Made by a program: the position numbers and the translations under genes
In this document: piece by piece, positions 36,682 to 47,902 of the stretch
Layout: every line of letters starts with the position of its first letter
Numbering within the stretch: the stretch's first letter is position 1
Notes under the pieces: model-generated
Seen by the model: only the letters and a program-made list of their open reading frames with translations
Database searches by the model: none
Told to the model about the DNA's origin: nothing
Assembly: GCA_965215005.1 (NCBI GenBank)
Contig: CBDCCZ010000017.1
Location: 1-64,000 of the forward strand
DNA length: 64,000 nt
Reading direction: 5' to 3'
DNA from: Kofleriaceae bacterium
GTDB taxonomy: Bacteria > Myxococcota_A > Polyangia > Haliangiales > Haliangiaceae

Positions 36682-36707
36682 CCACCGACGTCGCCGCGAT
36701 GCGGCGC

Positions 36708-37238
36708 TCAAAACTTATTGGTCGTCGCCAAGAACGTCATCTTGTCGTTCGTTGCCCGCAAGCGACGCGACAAGGTGCGCACGAAGTTCCACAACAGCTC
36801 GTAGGCGAGGTCGCGGTCGACGAACAACAGGTCTTCGAGATCAGCGCGGTTGACGACGAACAGGCGACTCGATTCATGAGCGATGGCCGTTGCCGATCGC
36901 GGCGCACTGTCGATGAGCGACATCTCGCCGAAGTACGCACCGGCGCGCAGCACCGCCAACGCCTCCTCGCCCATCCCGGCAACAAAGCGCGTGATGCGAA
37001 CTGCCCCCGCCAAGATCAGATAGAAACGGTCGCCGGCATCTCCTTCAGAGAAGACGGTCGCACCACGTGCGTGCTCCTCTTCCAGCCCGATATCGACGAC
37101 ACGACTCAGGTGCACCGGTGGCAGGCCCGCGAAGATATCGATCTGAGCGAGCACCTCAGCGGTGCTCTTGCCGCGTACCTCGACCACTTGCGCCGCTGGC
37201 TCTTCACGTTCCTGACTATCTTGCTCGTCAGCGGCCAT
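36708..37238 (-). CDS. Single-domain cyclic nucleotide-binding protein
   Basis: VFSEGDAGD, YFGEMSLIDSAPRSAT. Confidence 0.88.
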   Translation of the reverse strand: MAADEQDSQEREEPAAQVVEVRGKSTAEVLAQIDIFAGLPPVHLSRVVDIGLEEEHARGATVFSEGDAGDRFYLILAGAVRITRFVAGMGEEALAVLRAGAYFGEMSLIDSAPRSATAIAHESSRLFVVNRADLEDLLFVDRDLAYELLWNFVRTLSRRLRATNDKMTFLATTNKF

Positions 37239-37272
37239 GCGGTGCCCCCCCCAAGAAAGATGACCGCCGAAT

Positions 37273-37800
37273 TCAGCCGCCGGTCTGCGGCGCATCCGGC
37301 GTTTCGATGCGGCGCCAGGTACCGGTTCGGCCGCCGCCCTTGGACTCTAAGCGAACGTCTTCGATGGTCATGTCACGGTCGACCGCTTTGCACATATCGT
37401 AGACCGTCAGCGCCGCCACGGTCACCGCCGCCAGCGCCTCCATCTCCACGCCAGTGCGATCGAAGGCGCGCACCTCCACCTCGACCACCACCGCCGACTT
37501 GTCATCTTCCTCGAGCCCCGATTCGACCCGAAGATCGACCTCTACGCCGGTAATGCGCAGCGGGTGGCACAGCGGTATCAACTCCCACGTGCGCTTGAGG
37601 CCGGTGATGGCTGCGAGTCTCGCGATCCCCAGTACATCGCCCTTCTCGATGTCGCCCGAGGTGACGAGCGCCGCCGTTTCTGGGGCCATGGTGACGCGGC
37701 CCGTGGCGATGGCGAAGCGCGCACTCTCGGCCTTGCCGCTGATATCGACCATGCGCGCGCGTCCTTGGTCGTCGAAGTGTGTGAGTTTTTTGTCTGTCAC
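37273..37800 (-). CDS. moaC: Cyclic pyranopterin monophosphate synthase
   Basis: LTHFD..GRARMVD, LIPLCHP, TGVEMEAL, YDMCKAVD. Confidence 0.96.
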   Translation of the reverse strand: MTDKKLTHFDDQGRARMVDISGKAESARFAIATGRVTMAPETAALVTSGDIEKGDVLGIARLAAITGLKRTWELIPLCHPLRITGVEVDLRVESGLEEDDKSAVVVEVEVRAFDRTGVEMEALAAVTVAALTVYDMCKAVDRDMTIEDVRLESKGGGRTGTWRRIETPDAPQTGG

Positions 37801-38486
37801 GGTGCCTTTGGGAATTGAAACTCGATGATTTGTTGGCCCTCGAACGGCAACGTCATAGGCGCATCCACACACTGCAGCTTGGAGGGCTGTTTGGGCGTCG
37901 TGGTGAGGCGCAAGCCGCAAGCACGCACCGTGTACTCCTGCGGAGGTGCTGGCGCTTTCGTATAACACTCGCAACCACGTCGCTTCGGCCCCGTGCGCTG
38001 GTAAATGAACTCCTCGCCATCCCACGGCAGGTCATACGACTCTCCCGGCGGCACGATGACGCGCTGCTCGGCTTCGCGCACTTCTTTGGGCTTGGTTGGC
38101 TCCTCGCACACAGGGCATAGCTCTTCGGCATCACAGGCGGCGGTGCAGTGCTTCGGGAAAGGAATGATGGACACTGCGTTGGGCTTAACGCCATAAAACG
38201 GCAAGACGTTGGGCTGCCAACCGTGATCGATGCTGAACACCAAATCGATATCGGAGGTATTCACCATCCGAAATATCACCGGTGCAGTCTCGAGCAGCCC
38301 CGCATCCCCTAACGGCACACCGCCGTCCCCGTAGGGCTCTTCGCCTAGCTCGGTCTGGTCGAAGCCGCCAATGTCGTTGGTGCTTTGCCCTGGAGGCGTG
38401 CCTTCCCCCACCCCGCGCTTGCCGCCGCACGCCATCATTGCCAGCAGACAAGTGCCAACAGAAGCCAATCCATGAGAACGCTTCAC
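37797..38486 (-). CDS. Cys-rich lipoprotein, unknown function
   Basis: Lipobox-like AMMA-C; several Cys pairs; GTGA overlap with moaC. Confidence 0.65.
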   Translation of the reverse strand: MKRSHGLASVGTCLLAMMACGGKRGVGEGTPPGQSTNDIGGFDQTELGEEPYGDGGVPLGDAGLLETAPVIFRMVNTSDIDLVFSIDHGWQPNVLPFYGVKPNAVSIIPFPKHCTAACDAEELCPVCEEPTKPKEVREAEQRVIVPPGESYDLPWDGEEFIYQRTGPKRRGCECYTKAPAPPQEYTVRACGLRLTTTPKQPSKLQCVDAPMTLPFEGQQIIEFQFPKAP

Positions 38487-38531
38487 CTTCGATGTTCCTC
38501 TCGATAATCGTTGGGGCGGCAACGCCGCAGG

Positions 38532-40355
<1,824 letters not shown>

Positions 40356-40601
40356 TTCGTTTGCTCCTTGCTAGCAACCAATAAGCAGCCGCTATCTTCG
40401 ACCGAATCGGGCCGCCTTGCCAGGGCGCCGAGCGGCTTGCGTGGAGGTCGAGGAGCTGGCGCGGCCAAGACTACATCAGAGCTCGCAGTCGTCATCGTCG
40501 CTGTACAGACGCGATGGAGGTGCTCCTCCGACAGCGAAACGCTGTGCTGAAAACGGTGATCGCGCTGAGCGGACGATGCGCCTGCTACTGTGTGCGCTGC
40601 G

Positions 40602-40952
40602 CTATTGCGGCCGCTTCTTTTTTGCGGCTGGCTTAGCGGGCTTGGCAGGAGCATTGGCCGGCCCAGAGGTCGCCGGAGCCGCGGGCTCGTCAGCGGCCGC
40701 CGCGTCGCCTGCGGGTTGCTCCCCCTCGAGCTCGCCGTCCGGAATCTCTGGGACAGGATATTCCTCGACCGGTTCATCGTCGAGCTCATCGAGATCGAAG
40801 CCATCGCCGTCGAGCAGCTCTTGCCGGTCAGGAGCCTCGTACGCGAGCAGCGGATACTCCGTGGGCACCATTCCCGCGCCGCCGCCACCGCCGCAGCCGG
40901 CCCCCATCAATAGCGCAGCGCCTAGCGCCGCCACGAGTTTTCCCAGTTGCAT
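40602..40952 (-). CDS. Small acidic lipoprotein
   Basis: Lipobox LMGAG-C; acidic, Pro-rich body with a basic tail. Confidence 0.6.
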   Translation of the reverse strand: MQLGKLVAALGAALLMGAGCGGGGGAGMVPTEYPLLAYEAPDRQELLDGDGFDLDELDDEPVEEYPVPEIPDGELEGEQPAGDAAAADEPAAPATSGPANAPAKPAKPAAKKKRPQ

Positions 40953-41111
40953 CAAAGTTGCCTTTCCAGTGCCTTGCGAGCGCACCCGCGCGCTCACGCT
41001 ATCAAATGAGCTCCGCAGTTCCAAACCCGACAGCCTGCAACCGGCAGATGCCCATCCTATGGAACGCGACGCAGACTGCCCGGTCGTGACGACATTTTAC
41101 TGCACCCCGCC

Positions 41112-41140
41112 TTGACACCTGCCCCTGCCCCCGCTAAATA
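41112..41140 (+). promoter_or_regulatory. Sigma-70-type promoter of tRNA-Gly
   Basis: TTGACA-17 bp-TAAATA, 30 nt upstream of the tRNA. Confidence 0.55.
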
Positions 41141-41170
41141 CGTTTTCCCAATCGACAGGCGCTTCGCCAT

Positions 41171-41245
<75 letters not shown>

Positions 41246-41273
41246 TCTCCTAATCATCCGTATTTGAGGTCAT

Positions 41274-41313
41274 GACCGGTTTAAGCGAACGCTTTAACCG
41301 GTCTTTGGCGTTT
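41274..41313 (+). terminator. Intrinsic terminator after tRNA-Gly
   Basis: GACCGGTT.AAGC / GCTT.AACCGGTC stem followed by tttggcgttt. Confidence 0.65.
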
Positions 41314-41438
41314 CGGCCCTCCGTCGTCGGCGCTATCGCGTGAGCAGTGGGCGGTTTGCCTGCCGCGAACATCGGCACAGCGGGTTGCGAGCACCTCGCG
41401 GCTCTGGCGGTACGCCGCTCATGCTCCGCGGCGCGAAT

Positions 41439-41546
41439 CGTGAGCCACGGCGAAAGGCATCATCGACGGCCCGACGCGTGAGCCGCGGCGGAAGCCATCA
41501 TCGATGGCCAGACGCGTGAGTCGCGGCGGAAGCCATCATCGACGGC
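41439..41546. repeat. Three tandem degenerate 38-bp repeats
   Basis: cgtgagccgcggcggaagccatcatcgacggc... units start at 41439, 41477 and 41515. Confidence 0.85.
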
Positions 41547-41644
41547 GTCGAAGCCGGATAATGGGCCGCGTCGATCACTCGTCGGCCGCCCTTTGCCCCG
41601 CATCGGGCAGCCGACATCGCGTCAACGATCGTGCGGCGGCGATG

Positions 41645-42121
41645 CTAGGCGCGGGTCCAACGCGCGCTGGCGGGGAACATGCCCTTTCGCCAAGGGTTGC
41701 CTTCTTCAGAGACTTTCTTGATCCGTCGCGACTGCAATAGTGGTTGTCGCACCTGCCGCACAAAGGTCTCTGGACCGCCCTCAGGGGCCACCAGTGCTTC
41801 CAGCTCCGAGCCTGTATAAAGCTCCCCTTCGCCCATGCTGTCGAGCAGTTCCTGTCGCTTGCTCTCCCAATACTCCTGCCCACCAAAGAACTTCTTGCCT
41901 CGCCGCGACGGCGCCGCGGCAGCGCCGGGCGATGCGCGGGGACGACCTCGACGGCGCGCCTGAGGCATCATCTGGGAACCGCCGCCTCCGAGTGCCTGTG
42001 CAAGCTGCTCCTTGAGCGTGCTCAGGTGCTCCTCAGTCTCGGTAACGATTTGCTGCTGTTCCTCGACAGCCTCTGCCAACTCGGCGAGGCTCGAGCCTCG
42101 AAAACGCGGTTTACCACCCAT
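41645..42121 (-). CDS. Coiled-coil / AT-hook / small C-terminal domain protein, candidate DNA-binding
   Basis: Strong RBS (AAAGGAG); heptad N-terminus; RRRGRPR motif. Confidence 0.7.
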   Translation of the reverse strand: MGGKPRFRGSSLAELAEAVEEQQQIVTETEEHLSTLKEQLAQALGGGGSQMMPQARRRGRPRASPGAAAAPSRRGKKFFGGQEYWESKRQELLDSMGEGELYTGSELEALVAPEGGPETFVRQVRQPLLQSRRIKKVSEEGNPWRKGMFPASARWTRA

Positions 42122-42784
42122 GAAATTCTCCTTTCAGGAGAGTTAGTCACGATGCGCTCACAACTGCAATAGCTCGCGCCAAGGGATCAGCAGTCAAGTG
42201 ACATTCCTAGGCCGGTCACTCGACAATATGTATGTTCTTCAAGCGTCATGCAACATGAGTACGCAGCAGTCAAGAATTACTCCGTGTCCCAAGGGTGGCG
42301 CGCCCTCGGGGCTCAATCGACCATTCTGCCCCATTGCAGCGCACTCGAAAGTAATCCGCAGGAGGTCGCCGAAGCTCATCGACGGCGAAAGCTGGTGCTT
42401 TTCTAGGCGCAGACGCCGCCATATGACTTATGGGTGCCTCCGCTGCATGCAGCAACGCTGATCAATGGCTCCATCCTCGGGACGGACGAATGAAGTGCAC
42501 AGCGCAGTGATCGTAGTCGTCGTGCGCCCCAAGCACGGCGGCCACGAGGTGAGCGATGGCGCAGGAGCTCGTCAGCGCAAAGGACAGCTAGCTTCTCAAG
42601 GACCTCTGCAGCGCTATCGCATGTGCATACTCTCCATCGGCGCCGCCGGGCGACACACCGCAGGCTCACGGCTCTCATCATAGGACGCCACCGACTCCCG
42701 CGCCGGCTACTACACGTCGCACTCTTTCCCTGCAAGACGGTACCCGCAATGGTAGCTTGGGGCAGGAGCGACAAGGAGCGGGGG

Positions 42785-44977
42785 ATGAGGAGTCGAAGAG
42801 CACGACTTTGGACGGCGTTGGTTGCCGCGCTAGCCACCCCTGCCGTGGCTAACGCCGACGACCTTGCTTCGCTATCGCTCGAAGAGCTGATGTCGGTAGA
42901 GGTTCGTCCCGCATCCTATGTGGTCGCCGATCGCGAGGTGCAACCCGTATCGATCACGGTCATCGACCGCGAGCAAATTCGCACCAGTGGTGCCCGCACC
43001 GTCAACGAGCTCTTGGCGCTGCACGTTCCCGGCTACTTCCTCGTCGAAGATCAAGATGACGTCATCGCTGCGTTCCGCGGCTTTGCGCCCGATAACAACT
43101 CCAAGGTGCTGCTGCTTCTCGATGGCCGGCCGCTCAACACCGAATGGTTCGCTGGACCACCCGATGCGATCCTCAACGGCCTCGACCTCGGGTTCATCGA
43201 TCGCATCGAAATCATCCGCGGCCCCGGCTCGGTGATGCACGGCCCCGGCGCGCTGCTCGGCGTCATCAACATCGTCACCCGCCGTCCGCAAGGGCGTCAT
43301 ACGGCGGCGGCAGCAGTCACCGTAGGTGCGGACGAGCTGCGCGCGGCACGCCTCGAGGGTGGATTCGCGACCGGCGACTTGGCCGCGTTGTTCTATTTGT
43401 CCTCGAGTCGCTATGGCGGCCAAGCCCTACGCGGGCAGGGTTGGGCGTTGATCGAGCCACGAGGCGGTGGCGTTCCCGCCATCAACCATGGCCATCGTCT
43501 CAAAGCTGCCGAGCAGGATGTCGCGCTCGCGTTGGTCCGCTGGCGCGACGTCTCGCTGCAGCTGCTCCGTGTGTGGCAACTTCGCGACAACTACAACTTC
43601 TTTCGCGATCGCGAAGAGCTCGAACAGCAGCTAACGGCACTTTCCCTCGGCTGGACGCTCGGCGTGGGCAGCTTCAGCTTGCAACTGCGCGGCGGCTACG
43701 ACCATGACGAGCTCGGCCAGCTTTCGCATGACGGCATCCGGTTGGCCGGCACTCGAGAAGATCGTTACAGCGCCTTCGCGGTACTGCGCGGCGAGCCTAT
43801 TCCCCACAATCGTTTCGCCGTAGGCGCCGACTTGCGCCACTTCGAGATGGGTCTGCGCGACCGCTATGGCTTGAATCTGCTCGTCAACCGGTCCATTGAC
43901 CGCGCCACTGCAAGCAACGTCACTCATACATATGTCAATCGGTCCCGCCTCACGGAGATCGGCTTGTTCGTAGAAGATGCGCACCAGCTGACGGAATGGT
44001 TGCGAACGGTCATCGGGCTGAGAATTGACGTGCATCCGTTCTGGGGGCCCAGCACCAGCCCTCGACTGGCATTGCTCGCGACGCCGCGCCCCGAGCTGGA
44101 GTTTCGGATCTCATATCAGACCGGCTTTCGAGGCGCTCCAGGAGCTCACTACACCGGTGGTTGGCGCCATGATGGGCTGCTTCAAGAGGATGGATTTGGC
44201 GCCATCGAAGACAATCCCACCGCTGCCGCGTCAGGCTATCAAAACATCAGAGAAACCGAGCCAGAGCGACTGCGCACCGTCGAGTTAGCTGCCGAGGCGC
44301 GGCCCGCGCAAGGTCTCACCCTGAGCGCGGTCTCGTTCGCGAGCTGGATGCGCAAAGTCATCGATGTAGGGGTGATTTTCCTCGAAGATCAGCCGGATTT
44401 CGAGACCGCGGGGCCGGCCTCACGGGTCATCGGAGACGACCTCATCGGCGACTGGGGTGGCTGGTTCTTCTTCAAGAACAATCCGGGACAAATTTCGACG
44501 GCAGGCCTCGAGATGAGCGTGCGCTATAGCCATCGGTTCGTTCGTGCTACCGCCAGTCATGCCCTGGTGCGCATGGTGGACAGTAGCAATGGCGCAGCAG
44601 CTCTTGGCAGCATGTACGTGAGCGGTAGCGCGAGCGACCCGCATTTCCGCGCATATCCAGAAGACATCACACGCCTATCGGTCGTGGTGCTGCCATGGCG
44701 CGGGCTCGAGCTCGCCGCGACGGGCTTGCGCTTTGGCGATTGGTACTCGCCAGATTGGTCCATGGGCGGCGCTGATGGCGAGAGCGGCCTCTGGCTAAAC
44801 GCGTATGTCGGCTATCGCTTCGCGAGTGAGAGCGAGCTCTCCATCTCCGTCAAGAACGTGCTCGACATGAAGGGGCTTTGGCCAATGAACAGCAACGCTT
44901 CGGGCCCCGCCGTCTCGCCCGGCGCGCCAGCGCTCGAAGGCCGCACACTCTGGGTCACCGCGGGTCATGCGTTCTGA
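42785..44977 (+). CDS. TonB-dependent receptor
   Basis: LASLSLEELMSVEV, VLLLLDGRP, IDRIEIIRGPGS plug motifs; terminal Phe. Confidence 0.9.
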   Translation: MRSRRARLWTALVAALATPAVANADDLASLSLEELMSVEVRPASYVVADREVQPVSITVIDREQIRTSGARTVNELLALHVPGYFLVEDQDDVIAAFRGFAPDNNSKVLLLLDGRPLNTEWFAGPPDAILNGLDLGFIDRIEIIRGPGSVMHGPGALLGVINIVTRRPQGRHTAAAAVTVGADELRAARLEGGFATGDLAALFYLSSSRYGGQALRGQGWALIEPRGGGVPAINHGHRLKAAEQDVALALVRWRDVSLQLLRVWQLRDNYNFFRDREELEQQLTALSLGWTLGVGSFSLQLRGGYDHDELGQLSHDGIRLAGTREDRYSAFAVLRGEPIPHNRFAVGADLRHFEMGLRDRYGLNLLVNRSIDRATASNVTHTYVNRSRLTEIGLFVEDAHQLTEWLRTVIGLRIDVHPFWGPSTSPRLALLATPRPELEFRISYQTGFRGAPGAHYTGGWRHDGLLQEDGFGAIEDNPTAAASGYQNIRETEPERLRTVELAAEARPAQGLTLSAVSFASWMRKVIDVGVIFLEDQPDFETAGPASRVIGDDLIGDWGGWFFFKNNPGQISTAGLEMSVRYSHRFVRATASHALVRMVDSSNGAAALGSMYVSGSASDPHFRAYPEDITRLSVVVLPWRGLELAATGLRFGDWYSPDWSMGGADGESGLWLNAYVGYRFASESELSISVKNVLDMKGLWPMNSNASGPAVSPGAPALEGRTLWVTAGHAF

Positions 44978-45518
44978 GCGTTCATCGGCGCTTCTGGCGG
45001 CTCTGTTGACGATGACTGCGGCGAGCGCGAGCCGCGGCGAGGTTGCCGAGCCCGAGGTTCAAGCCGAGCTGGTCGAACGGTTTACGCGGTTCGTCGAGTG
45101 GCCGACTCGGTCATTGCCCCCAGACCAACACCTGCACCTCTGCGTCATCGGCGACACCCTCGTCAATCAGGCGCTGCGGCGTCTGAGCCGACGACGCGTC
45201 ATGAAAGGGCGCTCGGTAATCTATCGCGAAGTCGATGACCTGGAGCAAGTTCTCTACTGTCACGTGTTGTTCATCGCCGCGACCCGAAGGGACACGCTCG
45301 AAGCCATTCTCTCCATCACTCGCGATCGCCCCATTCTCACGATTGGAGCGACGGCGGGAATGGCGCAACGCGGCGTTTTGATCAACATTTACCGGGTCGA
45401 GCGCCACTTGCGATTCGAGATCAACATGACTGCAGCGCAGCTGAGCGGCTTGCGCTTTGGTGCCAAGCTATTACGACTCGCCAGGCGGGTCGGCAACACA
45501 CAAGGAGAGCCCCGATGA
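44967..45518 (+). CDS. YfiR-family (DUF4154) periplasmic protein
   Basis: FTRFVEWP, LCVIG, CHVLFI, LRFEIN..AA...GL....KLL.LA. Confidence 0.88.
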   Translation: MRSERSSALLAALLTMTAASASRGEVAEPEVQAELVERFTRFVEWPTRSLPPDQHLHLCVIGDTLVNQALRRLSRRRVMKGRSVIYREVDDLEQVLYCHVLFIAATRRDTLEAILSITRDRPILTIGATAGMAQRGVLINIYRVERHLRFEINMTAAQLSGLRFGAKLLRLARRVGNTQGEPR

Positions 45519-47746
45519 GCTTCTCTGGCTGGTCGATTCGCGCTCGTCTAGTGGGAGTCATCGCGCTCATCACGCTGGTTTGCCTCACAGCGGGCTTTGC
45601 GGTCGTCGGTAGCCGTCAAATCGCCGCTATGCGACGCGACCGCATCGAAACGGTGAGTCTCATCGCGCGGGTGGTCGGGCAGTACCTGGTTCCGAGTCTG
45701 GCCTTCGGCGATCGCACCGATGCCACCGAGGCGCTGGGAAGCTTGCGGGCTTTCGGCGACGTTCGCTCCGCTGCCCTCTACGACGCTAGCGGCAGCCTTT
45801 TCGCTACCTTCGAAGCCGACTCACCCGCTACCTGGCCCGCGCAAATACCAACCCGGCCGCCACCAGTGCAACGGATCGAAGGCTCGGTGGTCGAAGTCCG
45901 CGCGCCGATTTCCCACCAAGGTATTCGCTACGGAACGATCCTGGTCCGCGCTACCAGCGCATCGCTGGCCAGACAGATTCGCGATCAAGTTGCCACGCTG
46001 TTGGTCGTGCTGTTGGCGATGGTCCTACTCTCAGCGCTGGCCGCTTGGATCCTGCAGCGCATCATTTCGCAACCGATTCTGCAGCTCGCCCAGCTCGCCA
46101 GACGAATCTCTCGCGACCAGGACATCTCGCTTCGTGGCGATAGTGGCCACGGTGGCGAGCTCGGGGTGCTCGCGCGTGGGTTCAACACCATGCTCGACCG
46201 CTTGGAGGCTCGAGACAATGCCCTGCGAGCGTCTCACGACACGCTCCGCGCGCTCATCAACGCCTCACCGCTTGGCATCATCGGCCTCGATGCTCAGCGG
46301 ATGATAACGCTGTGGAACTCCAGCGCGGAGACGATCTTTGGCGCTCCTGAAGGGGAAGCAATCGGGCGTCCTGCGACCGAGCTGGTTCCGGAGAGCATCA
46401 TCAACCCGATCTGGACACGCTGCCTGGCCGATGCTCCGCTCACTGGATTGCGGCTCCACGCGTCGCTCGACCGTCCACGCGAGCTCGCGCTGTTCGCTGC
46501 GCCCCTCAGTGGTCGCGACGGGCAGCTCAGCGGCGCCGTCGTCGTCGTCGACGACATCACTGACAAAGCGCTTGCTGAGCAGGCACTCGCTGAGCGCGAG
46601 AATCAGCTCCAGCGCGCGCAGAAGCTCGAAGTAGTGGGACGATTGGCGGGCGGCGTGGCCCACGACTTCAACAACCTGCTCACCGTGGTCATCGCCTCGT
46701 GCCAGCTGCTTAGCAACAAGCTCACCGACCAACCGCTGCTGCTCGGCTACCTGCAGAATATCCGCCTCTCTGCGGAGCGTGGCGCTGCGCTCACCCGCCG
46801 GCTACTTGCCTTTGGCAAGCGCCAGCAGCCCCACGCCCGCCTCGTCGATCTAACGGTGGTGATCAGCGAGCTCGAGCGGATGATTCGGAGCGTCATCGGC
46901 GAGCACATCCGCTTCGAGATCAACATGCCAGCCGAGCACATCATCGTCTATGTCGACCGCGGTCAGCTCGAACAGGTGCTGCTCAATCTGGTCCTCAATG
47001 CCCGTGACGCCATGCGCGGAGGCGGCACCTTGAGGCTCGCCATCGAGCTCGGTAGCCACACAACGGCCAATATCGCCGGCGTTGCGGTAAAGGTCGTTGA
47101 TTCCGGCGAGGGGATGTCCGCAGAGGTTTGTGCGCGCGCATTCGAACCCTTCTTCACCACCAAGCCGAACGGAACCGGACTGGGCCTTGCGACCGCGCAA
47201 CAAATCGCTCACTCCCTCGGCGGCGAGCTCAGCGTCCAGTCGCAACCCGACCAAGGCACGACCTTCACCCTCTGGTTGCCTCTCTTCGAAGGCGAGCACG
47301 AGGCAACGGATGAGCGCGCCCCGTCGCCGCGCATGACCGGCGACGAGACGATCCTATTGGTCGAAGACGAGGTCGAGCTTCGGCATCTGGTGGCCGGCGC
47401 CCTGCGCGAAGCCGGTTACCGAGTCCTCGAAGCCGGTGATGGCGCTGCGGCGCTCGAGGTAGCGGCGGCGCATGATGAGCTCATCGAGCTGCTCTTGACG
47501 GACGTGGTGATGCCCGGCTCGAGTGGTCCGCAGCTCGCTCGCGCGCTGCTGCGCACGCGGACCGATATGGAGGTCTTGTATATGTCGGGCTACGTTGGCG
47601 ACGCACTCACCGAGCGCGGCTTGGACAACCATCTGGTCGCACTGATCGAAAAGCCGTTTACCCCGCGCGCGCTGCTGGCACGCGTGCGTCAGGTGCTCGA
47701 CGCGGCCGCGCCTCGCTGGCACCAGGTTGATGCGCCCGCGCCCTGA
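45515..47746 (+). CDS. Hybrid sensor histidine kinase (CHASE8-like, HAMP, PAS, HisKA/HATPase, REC)
   Basis: GGVAHDFNNLL, NLVLNARDAM, PFFTTK..GTGLGL, C-terminal REC (LVEDE, TDVVMP). Confidence 0.93.
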   Translation: MSFSGWSIRARLVGVIALITLVCLTAGFAVVGSRQIAAMRRDRIETVSLIARVVGQYLVPSLAFGDRTDATEALGSLRAFGDVRSAALYDASGSLFATFEADSPATWPAQIPTRPPPVQRIEGSVVEVRAPISHQGIRYGTILVRATSASLARQIRDQVATLLVVLLAMVLLSALAAWILQRIISQPILQLAQLARRISRDQDISLRGDSGHGGELGVLARGFNTMLDRLEARDNALRASHDTLRALINASPLGIIGLDAQRMITLWNSSAETIFGAPEGEAIGRPATELVPESIINPIWTRCLADAPLTGLRLHASLDRPRELALFAAPLSGRDGQLSGAVVVVDDITDKALAEQALAERENQLQRAQKLEVVGRLAGGVAHDFNNLLTVVIASCQLLSNKLTDQPLLLGYLQNIRLSAERGAALTRRLLAFGKRQQPHARLVDLTVVISELERMIRSVIGEHIRFEINMPAEHIIVYVDRGQLEQVLLNLVLNARDAMRGGGTLRLAIELGSHTTANIAGVAVKVVDSGEGMSAEVCARAFEPFFTTKPNGTGLGLATAQQIAHSLGGELSVQSQPDQGTTFTLWLPLFEGEHEATDERAPSPRMTGDETILLVEDEVELRHLVAGALREAGYRVLEAGDGAAALEVAAAHDELIELLLTDVVMPGSSGPQLARALLRTRTDMEVLYMSGYVGDALTERGLDNHLVALIEKPFTPRALLARVRQVLDAAAPRWHQVDAPAP

Positions 47747-47782
47747 GCTCGGCTGCGAATTGGGTCGCAGCGACGTGTTCAG

Positions 47783-47798
47783 AGGCACGACATTTGCA
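47783..47798 (+). promoter_or_regulatory. Sigma-54 promoter of the PQQ-dehydrogenase/receptor pair
   Basis: AGGCACG-ACAT-TTGCA, near consensus, intergenic. Confidence 0.65.
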
Positions 47799-47902
47799 CA
47801 CAGGCGAGGGCTTGCTCACAGCCATCCGCTCTCCGGCTCGGGCTGCGCAGCGGTGGCCCGCCACACTGAGCCGCCACGCACACACACCTTCTACTCGAGA
47901 GG

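Noticed and set aside
40356..40600. Possible glmS ribozyme upstream of glmS
   Set aside because: The conserved core (AGCGCC...GACGAGG...AUCGA) was not found on the coding strand
41439..41546. CRISPR array
   Set aside because: Repeats are contiguous with no spacers, and there are no cas genes
42165..42181. Sigma-54-like site before the AT-hook gene (TGGCGCG-AGCTA-TTGCA)
   Set aside because: Spacing is GG-N11-GC, one base too long
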